From an uncultured Chloroflexia bacterium (lineage in GTDB: Bacteria > Chloroflexota > Limnocylindria > QHBO01), in NCBI GenBank assembly GCA_963759405.1, contig CAVWZA010000016.1, forward strand, positions 351,850-415,849: a stretch of 64,000 nt of DNA, in the 5' to 3' direction. The stretch's first letter is position 1. The number at the start of each line of letters is the position of its first letter. The notes beneath the pieces were generated by a model. That model saw only the letters and a program-made list of their open reading frames with translations, was not told where the DNA came from and did not search any database. Below are positions 15,961-27,796 of the stretch, in pieces. The position numbers were made by a program, and so were the translations under genes.

Positions 15961-17256
15961 ATGACTGCCCGCCAACAGCGCACGACGGCGATCCTCGGCG
16001 CCGGTGCCCTGGGACTGACGACCGCCATTCGCCTCGGACGAGCCGGGGACCGGGTCACCGTCATCGAGCGTGAGGCGCTTCCGGGCGGCCTGGCGGCCGG
16101 GTTCCAGCCGACCGAGGGGGTCTGGCTGGAGAAGTTCTACCACCACCTGTTCAAGTCGGACACGCGGGCCATCGCCATGATCCAGGAGCTCGGCCTGGGC
16201 GACCGGCTGGAATGGAAGCAGCCGATCACCGCGACCCTGCGTGATGGCCAGTTCCACCAGCTCGACTCGCCGGCCTCTCTGCTGCGGTTCTCGCCGCTGC
16301 CCATGATCGATCGGCTCCGCATGGGTGCCGCGCTGGCCGTCCTCAAGGCGATGCCGAACCCTCGGCTGCTGGAGGGTGGAACCGCCGCGGACTGGACACG
16401 GCGCTGGATGGGTCCCGCCGCCTACACGACGGTCTGGGAGCCGCTGCTGCGCGGCAAGTTCGGCGACGCGGCACCCGAGATCGCGATGCCCTGGTTCTGG
16501 GCGCGCGTCCACGACCGCACCCAGTCCCTCGGCTACCTGCGCGGTGGCTTCCAGCAGCTCTACGACCGGATGGCCGAGGAAGTGCGAAGCGCCGGCGGCG
16601 AGACGCGATTCGGCGCGTCGGTGACCTCCGTCGGCACCCAGGACGGTGGGTTCCTCGTCGAGACGAATGAGGGAAGCGAGGCGTTCGACCGCGTCATCTC
16701 GACGTTCGCGCCACGGCTCACCGCTCGACTGGTACCCGAGCTGCCCGCGGAGTGGCGCGCGCGGCATGACTGGGGCCGCGCGTACGGCGCGCATTGCCTG
16801 GTCCTGGCGCTCGATCGACCGCTGACATCGGTCTATTGGCTCAACGTCAACGATCCGGGCTTTCCCTTCATGGCGCTGGTCGAGCACACGAACTACATGC
16901 CCGCTGCCGACTATGGCGGTCGTCATCTGATCTACCTGGGCAACTACCGGCCGATGGACGATCCGCTCATGACCGCCACGAAGGATGAGGTGCTGGACGA
17001 GTTCCTGCCGCACCTGGTCCGCATCAACCACGGCTTCGAGCGATCCTGGGTGGACGAGGCGTGGTCGTTTGCCGCACCGTTCGCCCAGCCGATCGTGACC
17101 ACGGACTACCGGGATCACATTCCGCCGCTCGACACCCCGATCCCGAACTTCTGGATGGCGAACATGTTCCAGGTCTATCCGCACGATCGTGGGCAGAACT
17201 ACTCGATCGCGCTCGCCGATCGGCTCGTGGAGCGCATCGGGAGTGGTCGCGGCTAG
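15961..17256 (+). CDS. NAD(P)/FAD-dependent oxidoreductase (amine oxidase / phytoene desaturase-like fold)
   Basis: The dinucleotide fold TAILGAGALGLTTAIRLGRAGDRVTVIEREALPGGLA follows the internal ATG at 15961. TACGCT sits 8 nt upstream of that ATG. Confidence 0.8.
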   Translation: MTARQQRTTAILGAGALGLTTAIRLGRAGDRVTVIEREALPGGLAAGFQPTEGVWLEKFYHHLFKSDTRAIAMIQELGLGDRLEWKQPITATLRDGQFHQLDSPASLLRFSPLPMIDRLRMGAALAVLKAMPNPRLLEGGTAADWTRRWMGPAAYTTVWEPLLRGKFGDAAPEIAMPWFWARVHDRTQSLGYLRGGFQQLYDRMAEEVRSAGGETRFGASVTSVGTQDGGFLVETNEGSEAFDRVISTFAPRLTARLVPELPAEWRARHDWGRAYGAHCLVLALDRPLTSVYWLNVNDPGFPFMALVEHTNYMPAADYGGRHLIYLGNYRPMDDPLMTATKDEVLDEFLPHLVRINHGFERSWVDEAWSFAAPFAQPIVTTDYRDHIPPLDTPIPNFWMANMFQVYPHDRGQNYSIALADRLVERIGSGRG

Positions 17257-17435
17257 GGCGCGTCGAACTCGTCGAACCCCGGAGCTTCGACCTGGATGTC
17301 CGGCATAGCCGGATCGCCCCCATTCACGCCGATCGGCCCGATCGGATAGTCGATGATCGGGAGGCGCATGCCGGCCATCTTCAGGCCGCCGCCGACCACG
17401 ACGAGCGCCAGGAGCACCATGAGCAGCGCCTTCAT
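17253..17435 (-). CDS. Small secreted or membrane protein (60 aa)
   Basis: The N-terminus is hydrophobic (MKALLMVLLALVVVGGGL). The ORF ends 4 nt inside the convergent oxidoreductase stop. No homology was recognised. Confidence 0.35.
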   Translation of the reverse strand: MKALLMVLLALVVVGGGLKMAGMRLPIIDYPIGPIGVNGGDPAMPDIQVEAPGFDEFDAP

Positions 17436-17483
17436 GCCGCGAGGATGCGCCGGTGTGTCAAGCGCGACCGGCTCTGGCGTGGA

Positions 17484-17666
17484 CTAGGGAGCGGGATCGA
17501 CCGGCTGGGCCGGAGCCTCGGGTGCGGTGTCGGCCGGCGCGACGGTCGAGCTGCTGGCCGTGTCCGTCGCGACGACGTCGCGGGTCTTTGCGCGCTGCAG
17601 GTAGAACCAGGCGAATGCGAGCACGGCGAAGAAGAGCAGGAAGATGACGATGACGGCGGTGGGCAT
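17484..17666 (-). CDS. Small single-pass membrane protein (60 aa from the internal ATG)
   Basis: MPTAVIVIFLLFFAVLAFAWFYLQRAK is followed by an Ala/Pro/Thr-rich tail. GAGG lies upstream of the ATG at 17666. Confidence 0.4.
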   Translation of the reverse strand: MPTAVIVIFLLFFAVLAFAWFYLQRAKTRDVVATDTASSSTVAPADTAPEAPAQPVDPAP

Positions 17667-17795
17667 TTTGGGCGTACCTCGGTGATGGCCGTTGACGGAG
17701 ACGACAGTATCCGATCGATCCCTCCGAGTACGCATGGTTCTGATGGGCCATCCCGGACCCTGACCGATGGCGCGGTTCATGCAAGACCGCACGCC

Positions 17796-18107
17796 ATGGC
17801 GGCGACCCGGTTGATCCTCCTGGCCCTGGTGGTCACGCAGCTCGCAGATGCAGCCACGTTCACGCTGGGGGTGTCGCGGTACGGGATCGGCCTGGAGAGC
17901 AACGGAATCGCTGCCGGGCTGTTTGGCGCCGGTGGCCTCGAGGCCGTGCTGCTCACCAAGGGCACCGTCCTGCTCGCGACCATCGGGCTGCTCGTGGCCA
18001 CCGCCACCCGATTCCCGCGCCTGCTGGTCTGGGGCGGCGCAGCCGCCACGAGCCTGGGGTTGCTCGGCTTTGGCTCGAACACGGCGGTGATCCTCCTTCT
18101 GTCCTAG
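17796..18107 (+). CDS. Small polytopic membrane protein
   Basis: This is the C-terminal part of ORF 17061-18107 from the ATG at 17796: MAATRLILLALVVTQLADAATFTLG... with 3 hydrophobic helices. Confidence 0.45.
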   Translation: MAATRLILLALVVTQLADAATFTLGVSRYGIGLESNGIAAGLFGAGGLEAVLLTKGTVLLATIGLLVATATRFPRLLVWGGAAATSLGLLGFGSNTAVILLLS

Positions 18108-18143
18108 TCCGCGCCGCCTCGCCCCATCCGCCGATGCGGGAAG

Positions 18144-19097
18144 ATGGCGTCCATGACGCGAGCTGCCCTCACGATCGCTCTCCTGGTGCTGGCCGCGTGC
18201 GGCAGCCGTGAAGCGTCACCCTCGCGTGTCCCGCCGTCCCCCGAGGCGTCCGTCACCGCGACCCCATCCGTAACGCCATCAACGCCACCATCGACGACCG
18301 AGCCCGCCGTCAAGCTGGTCGCCGCGGGCGACATCGCGTCCTGCGAGGAGTCCGGTGACTCGGCGACGGCTGCCCTTATCGCCGACATGGAGGCTGACGT
18401 CACCATCGCCATGCTCGGTGACGCCGTGTACCCGTCCGGCAGCGACGAGACATATGCCGAGTGCTACGACCCGGTCTGGGGCGCGTGGTTGGATCGAACC
18501 CGGCCGGCGCTCGGCAACCACGACACAGAGGCAGATGGCGGGGCGGCCTACCACGCGTACTTCGGCGATCTCGCCGGTCCGCCCGACGTCGGCTGGTACT
18601 CGTACGACATCGGCGCCTGGCACGCCATCGTGCTCGACTCGAACTGCGAGGTGGTCGGCTGCGGACCGGGCACGCCCCAGCACGAGTGGCTGCTCGCCGA
18701 CCTCGCCGCCTCCGACGCGACCTGCACGCTCGCGTACTGGCACCGTCCGCGCTTCACGTCCGGCCCGCACGGGGACGCCGTGGACGTCGCGCCACTCTGG
18801 GACGCGCTGTACGAGGCGGACGCCGACGTGATCCTGGGCGGCCACGACCACCTCTACGAGCGGTTCGCTCCGCAGGACCCGGAAGGCTCGGCGGACGAGC
18901 GTGGAATGCGTCAGTTCACCGTCGGCACCGGCGGCAAGGAGCTCTACCCGCCGGTCCGGATCGCTCCCAACAGCGAGCTGATCATCCCCGGCACCTTCGG
19001 CGTGCTCGAGCTCACGTTCCACGCCGATTCCTACGACTGGCGCTTCCTGACGGTCGACGGCGCCGTGCCCGATGTCGGGAGCGCTGACTGCCACTGA
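18144..19097 (+). CDS. Metallophosphoesterase lipoprotein (calcineurin-like phosphoesterase)
   Basis: A lipobox is present (LLVLAACGS). The motifs GDIASC, MLGDAVY, LGNHD, YWHRPRF and GGHDHLYERF are present. Confidence 0.85.
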   Translation: MASMTRAALTIALLVLAACGSREASPSRVPPSPEASVTATPSVTPSTPPSTTEPAVKLVAAGDIASCEESGDSATAALIADMEADVTIAMLGDAVYPSGSDETYAECYDPVWGAWLDRTRPALGNHDTEADGGAAYHAYFGDLAGPPDVGWYSYDIGAWHAIVLDSNCEVVGCGPGTPQHEWLLADLAASDATCTLAYWHRPRFTSGPHGDAVDVAPLWDALYEADADVILGGHDHLYERFAPQDPEGSADERGMRQFTVGTGGKELYPPVRIAPNSELIIPGTFGVLELTFHADSYDWRFLTVDGAVPDVGSADCH

Positions 19098-19266
19098 GAC
19101 CAGCCACGAAGCGCGTCCGCGCGCGGGCTTTCGTACGCCCGAGGTCCCTCTTCCCAAACCGCCGGCGAGCAACGAGAATGCGCTTGCACGGCAGGCGGCC
19201 AGGCCGCGGTAGCCGACCGCCCGAGGGGACGGCCCGCAATGGAGCCACCTGCCGGCTGGAGGTCGT

Positions 19267-21780
19267 ATGCGCCCGAGCCGTCATCCAGTCGTCGTCCTCT
19301 TCGCCGCCGCCCTGCTGCTCGTCATCCGTCATCACCCCCGCTGCCGCCACCGAGGCCCCAGGCGACGCCCCGGCGCGGGACTCATGGATCGTCACGCTCG
19401 CCGACGGAGCCAATCCGTCTGTCGACGCGCCCGGGCTTGCACGAGCCGCCGGGGGACGCATCGGGCACGTGTACACCAATGCCCTGCACGGCTTCCAGTT
19501 CCATGGCTCCGCCAAGGCGGCGGCTGCGCTGGAGCACCGTCCACAGGTCGTTTCGGTACAGGCCGACATTCCGCTCTCCCTGGCGGAGACGTTGCCGTTC
19601 GGCATCAAGCGGGTGTCGGCGTACGGACTCGGCGGCACCGTCGGCGCCTACCAGGCCGGCTTCCGCGGCAACGGCGCGCGGATCGCGATCCTCGACACCG
19701 GCATCGACCTCGATCACCCCGAGCTCGCGGCGTCCATCGACGGAGCGCTCGGGAAGAACTGCATGACCGCCGGCGCCGCCCCGAACGACGGCCACGGGCA
19801 CGGAACGCACGTATCCGGGACGGCGGCCGCGCCGATCAACGGTGTCGGCGTTGCGGGCATCGCACCGCAGGCGCGCCTGGTCGCGGTGAAGATGTTCACC
19901 GATGCCGGCACGTCCTCGGAGGCGGCCGCGCTGTGCGCGCTGGACCACATCATCGGCCTCAACCTCGACGCGGACCCGGCGAACGACATCGACGTGGCGA
20001 ACATGAGCTGGGGGGAGCAGCGGGCGTGGGGCGATTGCGCGTCGGACGCTCTGCACGGCGCGATCTGCCGTGCCGATGATGCCGGCATCATCCTCGTGGC
20101 GGGCGCCGGCAACTCGTCGACCGACGCCGGAAACTTCGTGCCGGCAGCCTATCCCGAGGTCATCAGCGTCTCGGCCCTCGCCGACTTCGACGGCGTTCGC
20201 GGGGGCCTGGCCGGTTGCGGGTTCGTCACGGACCTGTTCGCCCAGGAATGCGACGACACCTTCGCGTTCTTCAGCAATCGTGGCCCGTCGGTCGACGTGA
20301 TCGCGCCGGGCGTGAACATCTATTCGAGCTGGGCCGGCGGTGGATGGAAGACGTCGTCCGGGACGAGCATGGCGACGCCGCACGTGGCGGGAATCGCAGC
20401 GCTCATGGCCGCCGCGGCACCTGGCCTGACGCCGGACGCGGCTCGCGCGATCCTGCTCAGCTCCGGCGAGTGCCCGAATGGCCAGGCGGCTGACGCTGAC
20501 GGCTCAGCCGGCTGCGCCGGACAGGGCACCTGGCGCGACGATCCGGATGGCATCCCGGAGCCGATGGGCCACGCCCTGCGTGCCGCCCAGGCGGCGGCTG
20601 CAGCGACGAATCCGGAGCCGCCATCGAGCCCGACCCTGACGGCGGTCGCGACGACCACCTCCATCGACCTGTCCTGGACCGAGCCGTCCGACGATGGTGG
20701 GGCTGCGATCACCGGATACGAGCTCTTCCGGCGCGGTGACGCGGACATCGACTGGACATCGCTCGTCGCCGTGGGAGCGGCCGAGCTGGACTATTCCGAC
20801 ACTGCCGTCGCCACGGGCGAGACCTGGCATTACCGGGTCGTTGCGACGAACTCCGAGGGCAGCGGCCCGCCCTCGAACGAGGTGAGTGCCACGGTTCCGG
20901 CCACGCCTCCGCCCGATCCTGAACCGCCATCGGCCCCAACCCTGACCGCTGGCGCGACCGAATCTTCGATTGAGCTCAGCTGGACCGTGCCCGCCGACGA
21001 CGGCGGCGCGCAACTCACGGGTTACGAGATCTACCGCGGGCTGTCGGAGGGTGACCTGGCGTCGTATGCCAGCGTCGGGCTGGTGACCGGCTACTCCGAT
21101 ACCGGCGTGGCGCCCGGCGACACCTGGTACTACGAGGTTGCCGCTCGTCAACGCCGCGGGCCCGGGCGTTCGCTCGAACTCGGCCAACGCCACCGTTCCT
21201 GAGCCGCCGCCAGTCGTGCCGCCGTCGGCCCCATCCGCTGACGGCATCCCGCGGAAACGGATCGGTCACCTTGAACTGGACGGCACCGGCCGCGAATGGC
21301 GGCGCTGCCGTCACCAACTACGAGATCTATCGCGGGACGTCATCCGGATCGGCCGTCCGGGTGGCGACCGTCGGGAACGTCCTGACGTACCGGAACACGG
21401 GCCTCACCAACGGCACGACGTACTGGTTCCAGGTCGCCGCCGTCAATACCGCGGGAGCCGGCGCCCGGTCGAACGAGGTGAGCGCCACGCCGGCGACAAC
21501 GCCTTCGCCGCCTCGCACGTTGAAGGTCGCGAGGGTGACCGAAGGCTTCAAGCTCACCTGGGTCGCTCCGTCATCTGCCGGAGGCTCCGCAGTGGTGACC
21601 TATAAGATCTACCGGACGGACGGGTCCGGCGGGTCCAGGACGTTCTCCGTACCGGCCTCCGCGCTGACGTACACCGACACCGCCCTCGCGCCGAAGACGT
21701 GGTACGCCTACATCGTCACGGCAATCAACGGGGCCGGAGAGAGCACGGCGTCCAATATCGTGTCCATCAAGAGCCCCTGA
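19267..21780 (+). pseudogene. Secreted subtilisin-family (S8) serine protease with four C-terminal fibronectin type III repeats; three apparent frame changes
   Basis: The signal peptide MRPSRHPVVVLFAAALLLVI is in the frame of ORF 19267. The inhibitor-I9-like propeptide and the catalytic DTGID / HGTHVSG / SGTSMATPHVAG motifs are in ORF 19178-21202. FN3 repeats 1 and 2 are in the same ORF. Repeat 3 is reached via ORF 21138-21605, and repeat 4 is in ORF 21271-21780. Confidence 0.85.
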
Positions 21781-21804
21781 GGACTCGCCCGCCGACCCGC
21801 CGCT

Positions 21805-23151
21805 TTGACGAACAGAGCGCCCCTCCCTAGCATCGAGCGGGTGAACTCACGTCGACCGCTGCGGGCGGGCGTGCCCGACCACGAGGGCGCCATCGCCGGC
21901 GCGGCGTACACCCGCCATCGGCGGATCCATCGGTCCCGAAGCCATCCCCGGCCGCGGATCCTCCAGCTGCTGGCGACCGGCGGCAACGGCGGCGCCCAGG
22001 AGAGCTACACCGGTCTCCTGCTGCGCCTCGACCGCAGCCGATACGACGTGCGCGCCCTGTCTCTCTCGGCCGGCTCCGCTGTCCAACGCCTCAGGGGGCT
22101 CGGCCTCTCCGTGGATGTCCTGGACGAGAGCGACGACGCGCTGGCCGTGCGAGAGCTTGCCGGCTGGCTGCGCCACAACGAGATCGACCTCGTCCACGCT
22201 CACATGTTCCGCGCCGAGGTGATCGGGACTCGCGCGGCCATCGCCGCCGGCACGCCGGTGATCATGGCCACCGTGCACTCCTCGCGCGTCCGCTCGCCCG
22301 AGGACATCGCATTGCTGGCGTCTCTGACGCCGCGGATGGATCGGCTGATCGTTCCGTCGACGAGCATCGAGCACAAGGTGCGTGGCGAGGGACGCGGAGA
22401 CGCCCGCTTCGCGGTCATCCCGAACGGCGTCGATCTCGAGCGGTTCGCGACGCCCGTGCCGGCCTGCCGGATGCGCGACGAGTTCGGCATTCCGCGGCAG
22501 GCGCCGCTGATCGGCGTGGTCGCGCGCCTCGAGCCGGAGAAGGGCCATCGGTTCCTGATCGCGGCGATGCCGATGATCCTGGAGACCGCACCCGACGCCT
22601 GGCTCGCGATCGTCGGCGAGGGCTCGGAAGCCGATGCGCTGCGCGCCCAGGCGGCGTCCCTGGGACGGGCCGTCTCCGAGCGAGTCGTGTTCACCGGGCG
22701 GCGCGACGACGTCTCGGCCCTCACGGCCGACCTCACGGTTGCCGTCCTGCCATCGCTCCGCGAGGCGCAGGGAATCTCGATCCTGGAAGCCATGGCACGG
22801 CGCCGTCCCGTGGTCGCCTCTGCCGTCGGTGGCGTTCCCGAGATCATCACCGACGGGGTCGACGGCCTGCTCGTTCCTCCGGCCGATCCCGCCGCGCTGG
22901 CGAACGCGATCGGCTCGTTGCTGACCGACGCCGCCCGCCGCGAACGGATCGGCGAGGCGGGCTACCGCACGGTTGCCGAGCGGTTCAGCATCGACGCCCA
23001 GGTGAAGCGGATCGAGGTCGTCTACGACGAGGAGCTCGCCCGGGCCGGGGTCGCTGGAGGCGGTACGGCGACCCGAGCCGGTCGGCGGCGCGGCGGCCCT
23101 CCCAGCGGGGAGCCCTGGAGGTTCCCCCGATCTGAGCGCGGCTCTCCGCTA
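21805..23151 (+). CDS. GT4-family glycosyltransferase (3' end uncertain)
   Basis: Motifs present are ILQLLATGGNGGAQ, IGVVARLEPEKGHRFLI, and LPSLREAQGISILEAMARRRPVVASAVGGVPEIITDG (E-x7-E). The listed ORF has no stop and runs on as antisense of the next two genes. Stops are available at 23131-23133 or 23149-23151 in the other frames. Confidence 0.8.
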
Positions 23152-23718
23152 GCTGGACCTCACCCGGTCGCGGTCGACGAGCCGAAGGATCGCCATCAGC
23201 AGCAGATAGATCAGCAGCCAGCCGATGAGCGCGACCATCGCCGCGATGTCGAACACGCTGCCGCCGCCCGGCGTGACCGTGTCCATGGCGAACATCCCGC
23301 GGAAGGGCGCCACGAACGGCTCGGTCACGTCGTAGACGAAGTCGACGATGGAGTTCTGCTGGTTGGCGACCAGGAGCAGAAGCACGATTCGCAACCCGAG
23401 CAGCGTGGCGAGGATGCCGAACAGCAGCGACAGCACGCGGCGCACGTAGTAGAGCGGGCCGGGCCCGGCCGGCTCCGCGTAGCCGCGGGAGGTCGGCGCG
23501 TTGACGTTCACCGGGGCCGCGGCCGGTACCGGATACGGTTGGGCGACCGGTTGCTCGGGCTGGACATACGTCGGCTGCTCGACGACGCGGGTCTCGTTGT
23601 CGACCGGAGTCGACCGGAGCGACCGGAGCGACCGGCTAGCGACCGGAGCGACCGGCTCGACCGGCTCGACCGGCTCGACCGGCTCGACCGGATCTGTGCG
23701 ACGGTCGTCATAAGTCAT
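23149..23718 (-). CDS. YggT-family membrane protein with a repeat-encoded N-terminal extension
   Basis: The C-terminal half, LRIVLLLLVANQQNSIVDFVYDVTEPFVAPFRG...VFDIAAMVALIGWLLIYLL, fits the YggT pattern. The N-terminus is (PVE)4-PVA-PVA-S(RSL)2, encoded by a 9-bp tandem repeat. Confidence 0.65.
   Translation of the reverse strand: MTYDDRRTDPVEPVEPVEPVEPVAPVASRSLRSLRSTPVDNETRVVEQPTYVQPEQPVAQPYPVPAAAPVNVNAPTSRGYAEPAGPGPLYYVRRVLSLLFGILATLLGLRIVLLLLVANQQNSIVDFVYDVTEPFVAPFRGMFAMDTVTPGGGSVFDIAAMVALIGWLLIYLLLMAILRLVDRDRVRSS
23601..23692. repeat. Tandem 9-bp repeat CGACCGG(AG/CT), about 10 units, inside the YggT-like CDS
   Basis: Read directly from the sequence: cgaccggag t cgaccggag cgaccggag cgaccggct ag cgaccggag, then cgaccggct x5 and a final degenerate cgaccggat. 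Confidence 0.9.
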
Positions 23719-23780
23719 GTTCGCGTTCTCCTATATGGAGGTGAGCGTTCGGGACCTGAGGTGCACGCCCTGTGCCAAGG

Positions 23781-24473
23781 CTACTCCACGGGATGGCCGT
23801 GCTTGCCGATCAGCGGCACGAAGACGACCGGCTCGAGCTCCCGGGTGCGCAACGTATCTCCATCCCGCACCACGAGCGTCAGGAACTGGTGCTCGCGGTT
23901 GCCGACCGGCATCACCAGCCGGCCGCCGGACCGATCGAGCTGCTCAAGCAGTGGCCCGGGCACCGATGGACCGCCGGCCGTCACCAGGATCGACCGATAC
24001 GGCGCGCTCTCGGCCCAGCCCTGCGTCCCGTCGCCCACCACGACCTTCACCCGATCGCCGTACCCGGCCTCCTGCAGACCCTGTCGTGCGGTCGTCGCCA
24101 GGGCCTCGTGGCGCTCGATCGTCGTCACGTCGGCGCCGAGCTCGGCCAGCACCGCGGCCTGGTAGCCCGACCCGGTTCCGACCTCCAGGACGTTCGCCCC
24201 GCGCCACCCCTGTGAGGGACGAGCGGCCGCCGTCATCATGGCGACGACATACGGCTGGGAGATCGTCTGCCCCGATCCCACGGGAAGCGCGTGATCGCCG
24301 TACGGCTCATCGCCATCGACGAACCTGTGGCGCTCGACGGTCGCGAACGCGCGCAGGAGCTCGGGATCGCGGATGCCGCGAGCCTCGAGCTGCTCTGCCA
24401 CCATCCGCGCCCGATCGAGGGCGGGATCGTCGCCCGAGCTGCGCGCCGGCCGCGGGAGGCGCGGCCAGCGCAT
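23781..24473 (-). CDS. pcm: Protein-L-isoaspartate O-methyltransferase
   Basis: Motifs present are GQTISQPYVVAMM, VLEVGTGSGYQAAVLAELG and GGRLVMPVG. Confidence 0.9.
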   Translation of the reverse strand: MRWPRLPRPARSSGDDPALDRARMVAEQLEARGIRDPELLRAFATVERHRFVDGDEPYGDHALPVGSGQTISQPYVVAMMTAAARPSQGWRGANVLEVGTGSGYQAAVLAELGADVTTIERHEALATTARQGLQEAGYGDRVKVVVGDGTQGWAESAPYRSILVTAGGPSVPGPLLEQLDRSGGRLVMPVGNREHQFLTLVVRDGDTLRTRELEPVVFVPLIGKHGHPVE

Positions 24474-24486
24474 CGGTCAGATCAGG

Positions 24487-24774
24487 TCAGCCGGCCGGTG
24501 CGCTGGTGCTGGCTGCCTTGGTGCGCGATCGGCCCCCATTGGTGCTGCGGGTGGCGCCCGTCGGCGCGTCAGCATCGGCCTCGACGTCATCCGTCGCGCG
24601 GGCACTGGTGTCGACCGTGCCGAGGCTGGCGGCATCGAGCACGTCATTGAGGATTCCTTCGGCCTTCTCCCGCACCAGGCGGCGCGTCTCTTCACCCTTT
24701 CGGGGGGCGAGGAGCACGCCGACGGCCAGCCCGACGAAGAAGAACCTGATCGCGACTCGCACGCGGCTGAACAT
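24487..24774 (-). CDS. YtxH domain-containing protein
   Basis: From the ATG at 24774 the sequence is MFSRVRVAIRFFFVGLAVGVLLAPRKGEETRRLVREKAEG, the YtxH signature (helix followed by AP-x-G-x-ETR). Confidence 0.6.
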   Translation of the reverse strand: MFSRVRVAIRFFFVGLAVGVLLAPRKGEETRRLVREKAEGILNDVLDAASLGTVDTSARATDDVEADADAPTGATRSTNGGRSRTKAASTSAPAG

Positions 24775-24926
24775 GGGCGATAGCGTCCCTTCGTGTGTGG
24801 ATTTCGTTGATCTCAGAGAGGGCAAGAAGGATACCACCGGGCGCTTTGGCTGACTCCGGCCGCCGATCTGCGTTGCAGCCATGCACACTTCCGGCCGGTC
24901 GTGCGCATCAGTGCACCATTGACGCG

Positions 24927-25642
24927 TCAAGCGGCCGCGTGAGGGGAACGTTCTGCGCCGGAGTGCCTCATGGATCGGCAACGGTCGTTGCGACGGACCC
25001 ATAGCAGGCCGTCAGAACCGAGCGGTCGACCAGCGCGGATCGCCTGCATGATCTGGCGTGAGCCGGCAGGCAGAAGGGACCGGACCAAGCCGATGTGAGG
25101 GGCCAGCGCACTCCGGTTCGAGCGAAGATCCTCAATCGCCAGCACGAGGCGGACTGGTCGTCGATGCTGCCGCGCGAGCCAATCGCCGCTTCGAGCGACA
25201 CCGATCGGTACTGGCCCTGATAGTCACCAATGTGACGAACAATCTCGATCGCGAGAATCTCGTCGGGACCCCAGAACACCTCGTCAATCGCCTGTCCATG
25301 CTCGCCCGCGGTGACCTCGAGGCGGACTTTCCAAGCGCGATGCGCTGTCCTGGCGAGGTGCTCGGCGATCAGCAGCTGGCCTCGATCGCGGAGGGATGTA
25401 CCTCGGCCCGGATAGGCGCGGATGACGAGGTCGAGACCGACCGCATCGCTCAACGAGCAGAGGGTTGCCAGCGTTGCCGCGGCAGACCCCATCTCGACGC
25501 GTTCCAATGTCGACCGCGAAACGCCAGCCCGTCGCGCGGCGCCGCCTGTGCTGAGACCGGCCGCCACTCTGGCAAGGCGCACGTCCCTTCCGAGTGCCTG
25601 GGCTTGATCGCGTGCCCGCTCGCCGGCGCGCCGTCGTTTCAT
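24927..25642 (-). CDS. XRE-family HTH regulator with a nuclease-fold-like C-terminal domain; one apparent frameshift
   Basis: The HTH is LRLARVAAGLSTGGAARRAGVSRSTLERVEMG. It is followed by EHLARTAHRAWKVRLEV..IDEVFWGPDEILAIEIV. The tail LAIEDLRSNRSALAPHIGLVRSLLPAGSRQIMQAIRAGRPL continues in ORF 24927-25145. Confidence 0.6.
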
Positions 25643-25813
25643 CGACCGAGTATCACCAACGGCCGTTATCGCCCAGTTACCCGCCGATTAGTGAGTCATC
25701 CCGGCACGCGAGCCATTGCATATGCGCAGAGCGGCCCGATTCATCGGGCACGCGCGCACCAGGGCAGGCGTTCGCGTGCGTCACGGAATCATTCATGATC
25801 GACGCTGCGCGGC

Positions 25814-26283
25814 CTATCGCTCGCGCTGCCCCGCCGCGAGGGCCGCAACCGTCTCGGCGATCCGCCGGGCGCGAGCCTCCGGGCGCTTCGCGCCCTCGAC
25901 CCATCTCACCCAGGCCTTCCGATAGAACGTCGCCAGCGACTCGAAGAAGCGCCGGGCGTTCGGCTCGGCGGTCAGGGCCTCGGCGAAGTCGCTCGCCAGG
26001 GTCCAGATCTGCGGTCCTTCCGGAGTGAGGTTGACGCGGAGGGACGCGCCGGGCCCGACGCGAGGGTCGCGACACCAGGCTGGACCGAGCTCGAGATATG
26101 GCTCCCCGTCCCTGCTCGCGACCACGCCGCGCATCGGATAGCGCTCGATCGTGCCCGAGACGTAATAGCGCTCTCGCTCTCCCCAGATCGTCGCGGGATC
26201 GACCGGAAGCCTGATCGCGATCCCGCCCCGCGGCCGCGCCTCAGCCGTGGCGGTGAACGTCGCGGTCCGCGCCATCGGCTCGC

Positions 26284-26287
<4 letters not shown>
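25814..26287 (-). CDS. DUF1905 / YdeI (OmpD-associated) family protein
   Basis: [27 protein letters not shown] matches DUF1905. [41 protein letters not shown] matches the YdeI C-terminus. Confidence 0.75.
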
Positions 26288-27769
<1,482 letters not shown>

Positions 27770-27796
27770 GGCCCGGGAGTGAAATTGCGCTCGCGG

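Noticed and set aside
15002-17184. Long ORFs 15002-15964 (+, 320 aa) and 15877-17184 (-, 435 aa)
   Set aside because: They lie antisense to the clearly recognisable PQQ-type dehydrogenase and FAD oxidoreductase. Their translations are Arg/Gly/Asp/Val-rich with no motifs. These are typical high-GC shadow ORFs.
17700-17760. Possible third copy of the 24-mer, suggested by the shared WPIRT translation in ORF 17484-17792
   Set aside because: DNA comparison shows only ATGCGTAC versus ATACGTAC in common. The rest of the 24-mer does not align.
23601-23692. Tandem repeats as a possible CRISPR array
   Set aside because: The units are 9 bp long, have no spacers, and lie inside a coding sequence. No cas genes are present in the window.
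21805-24165. 786-aa ORF suggesting a giant glycosyltransferase fusion
   Set aside because: Only the first 430 residues or so are GT4-like. The remainder is antisense to the YggT-like and pcm genes and is low-complexity. This is a run-through caused by the absence of a stop in a GC-rich antisense frame, or by a missed indel near 23100-23150.
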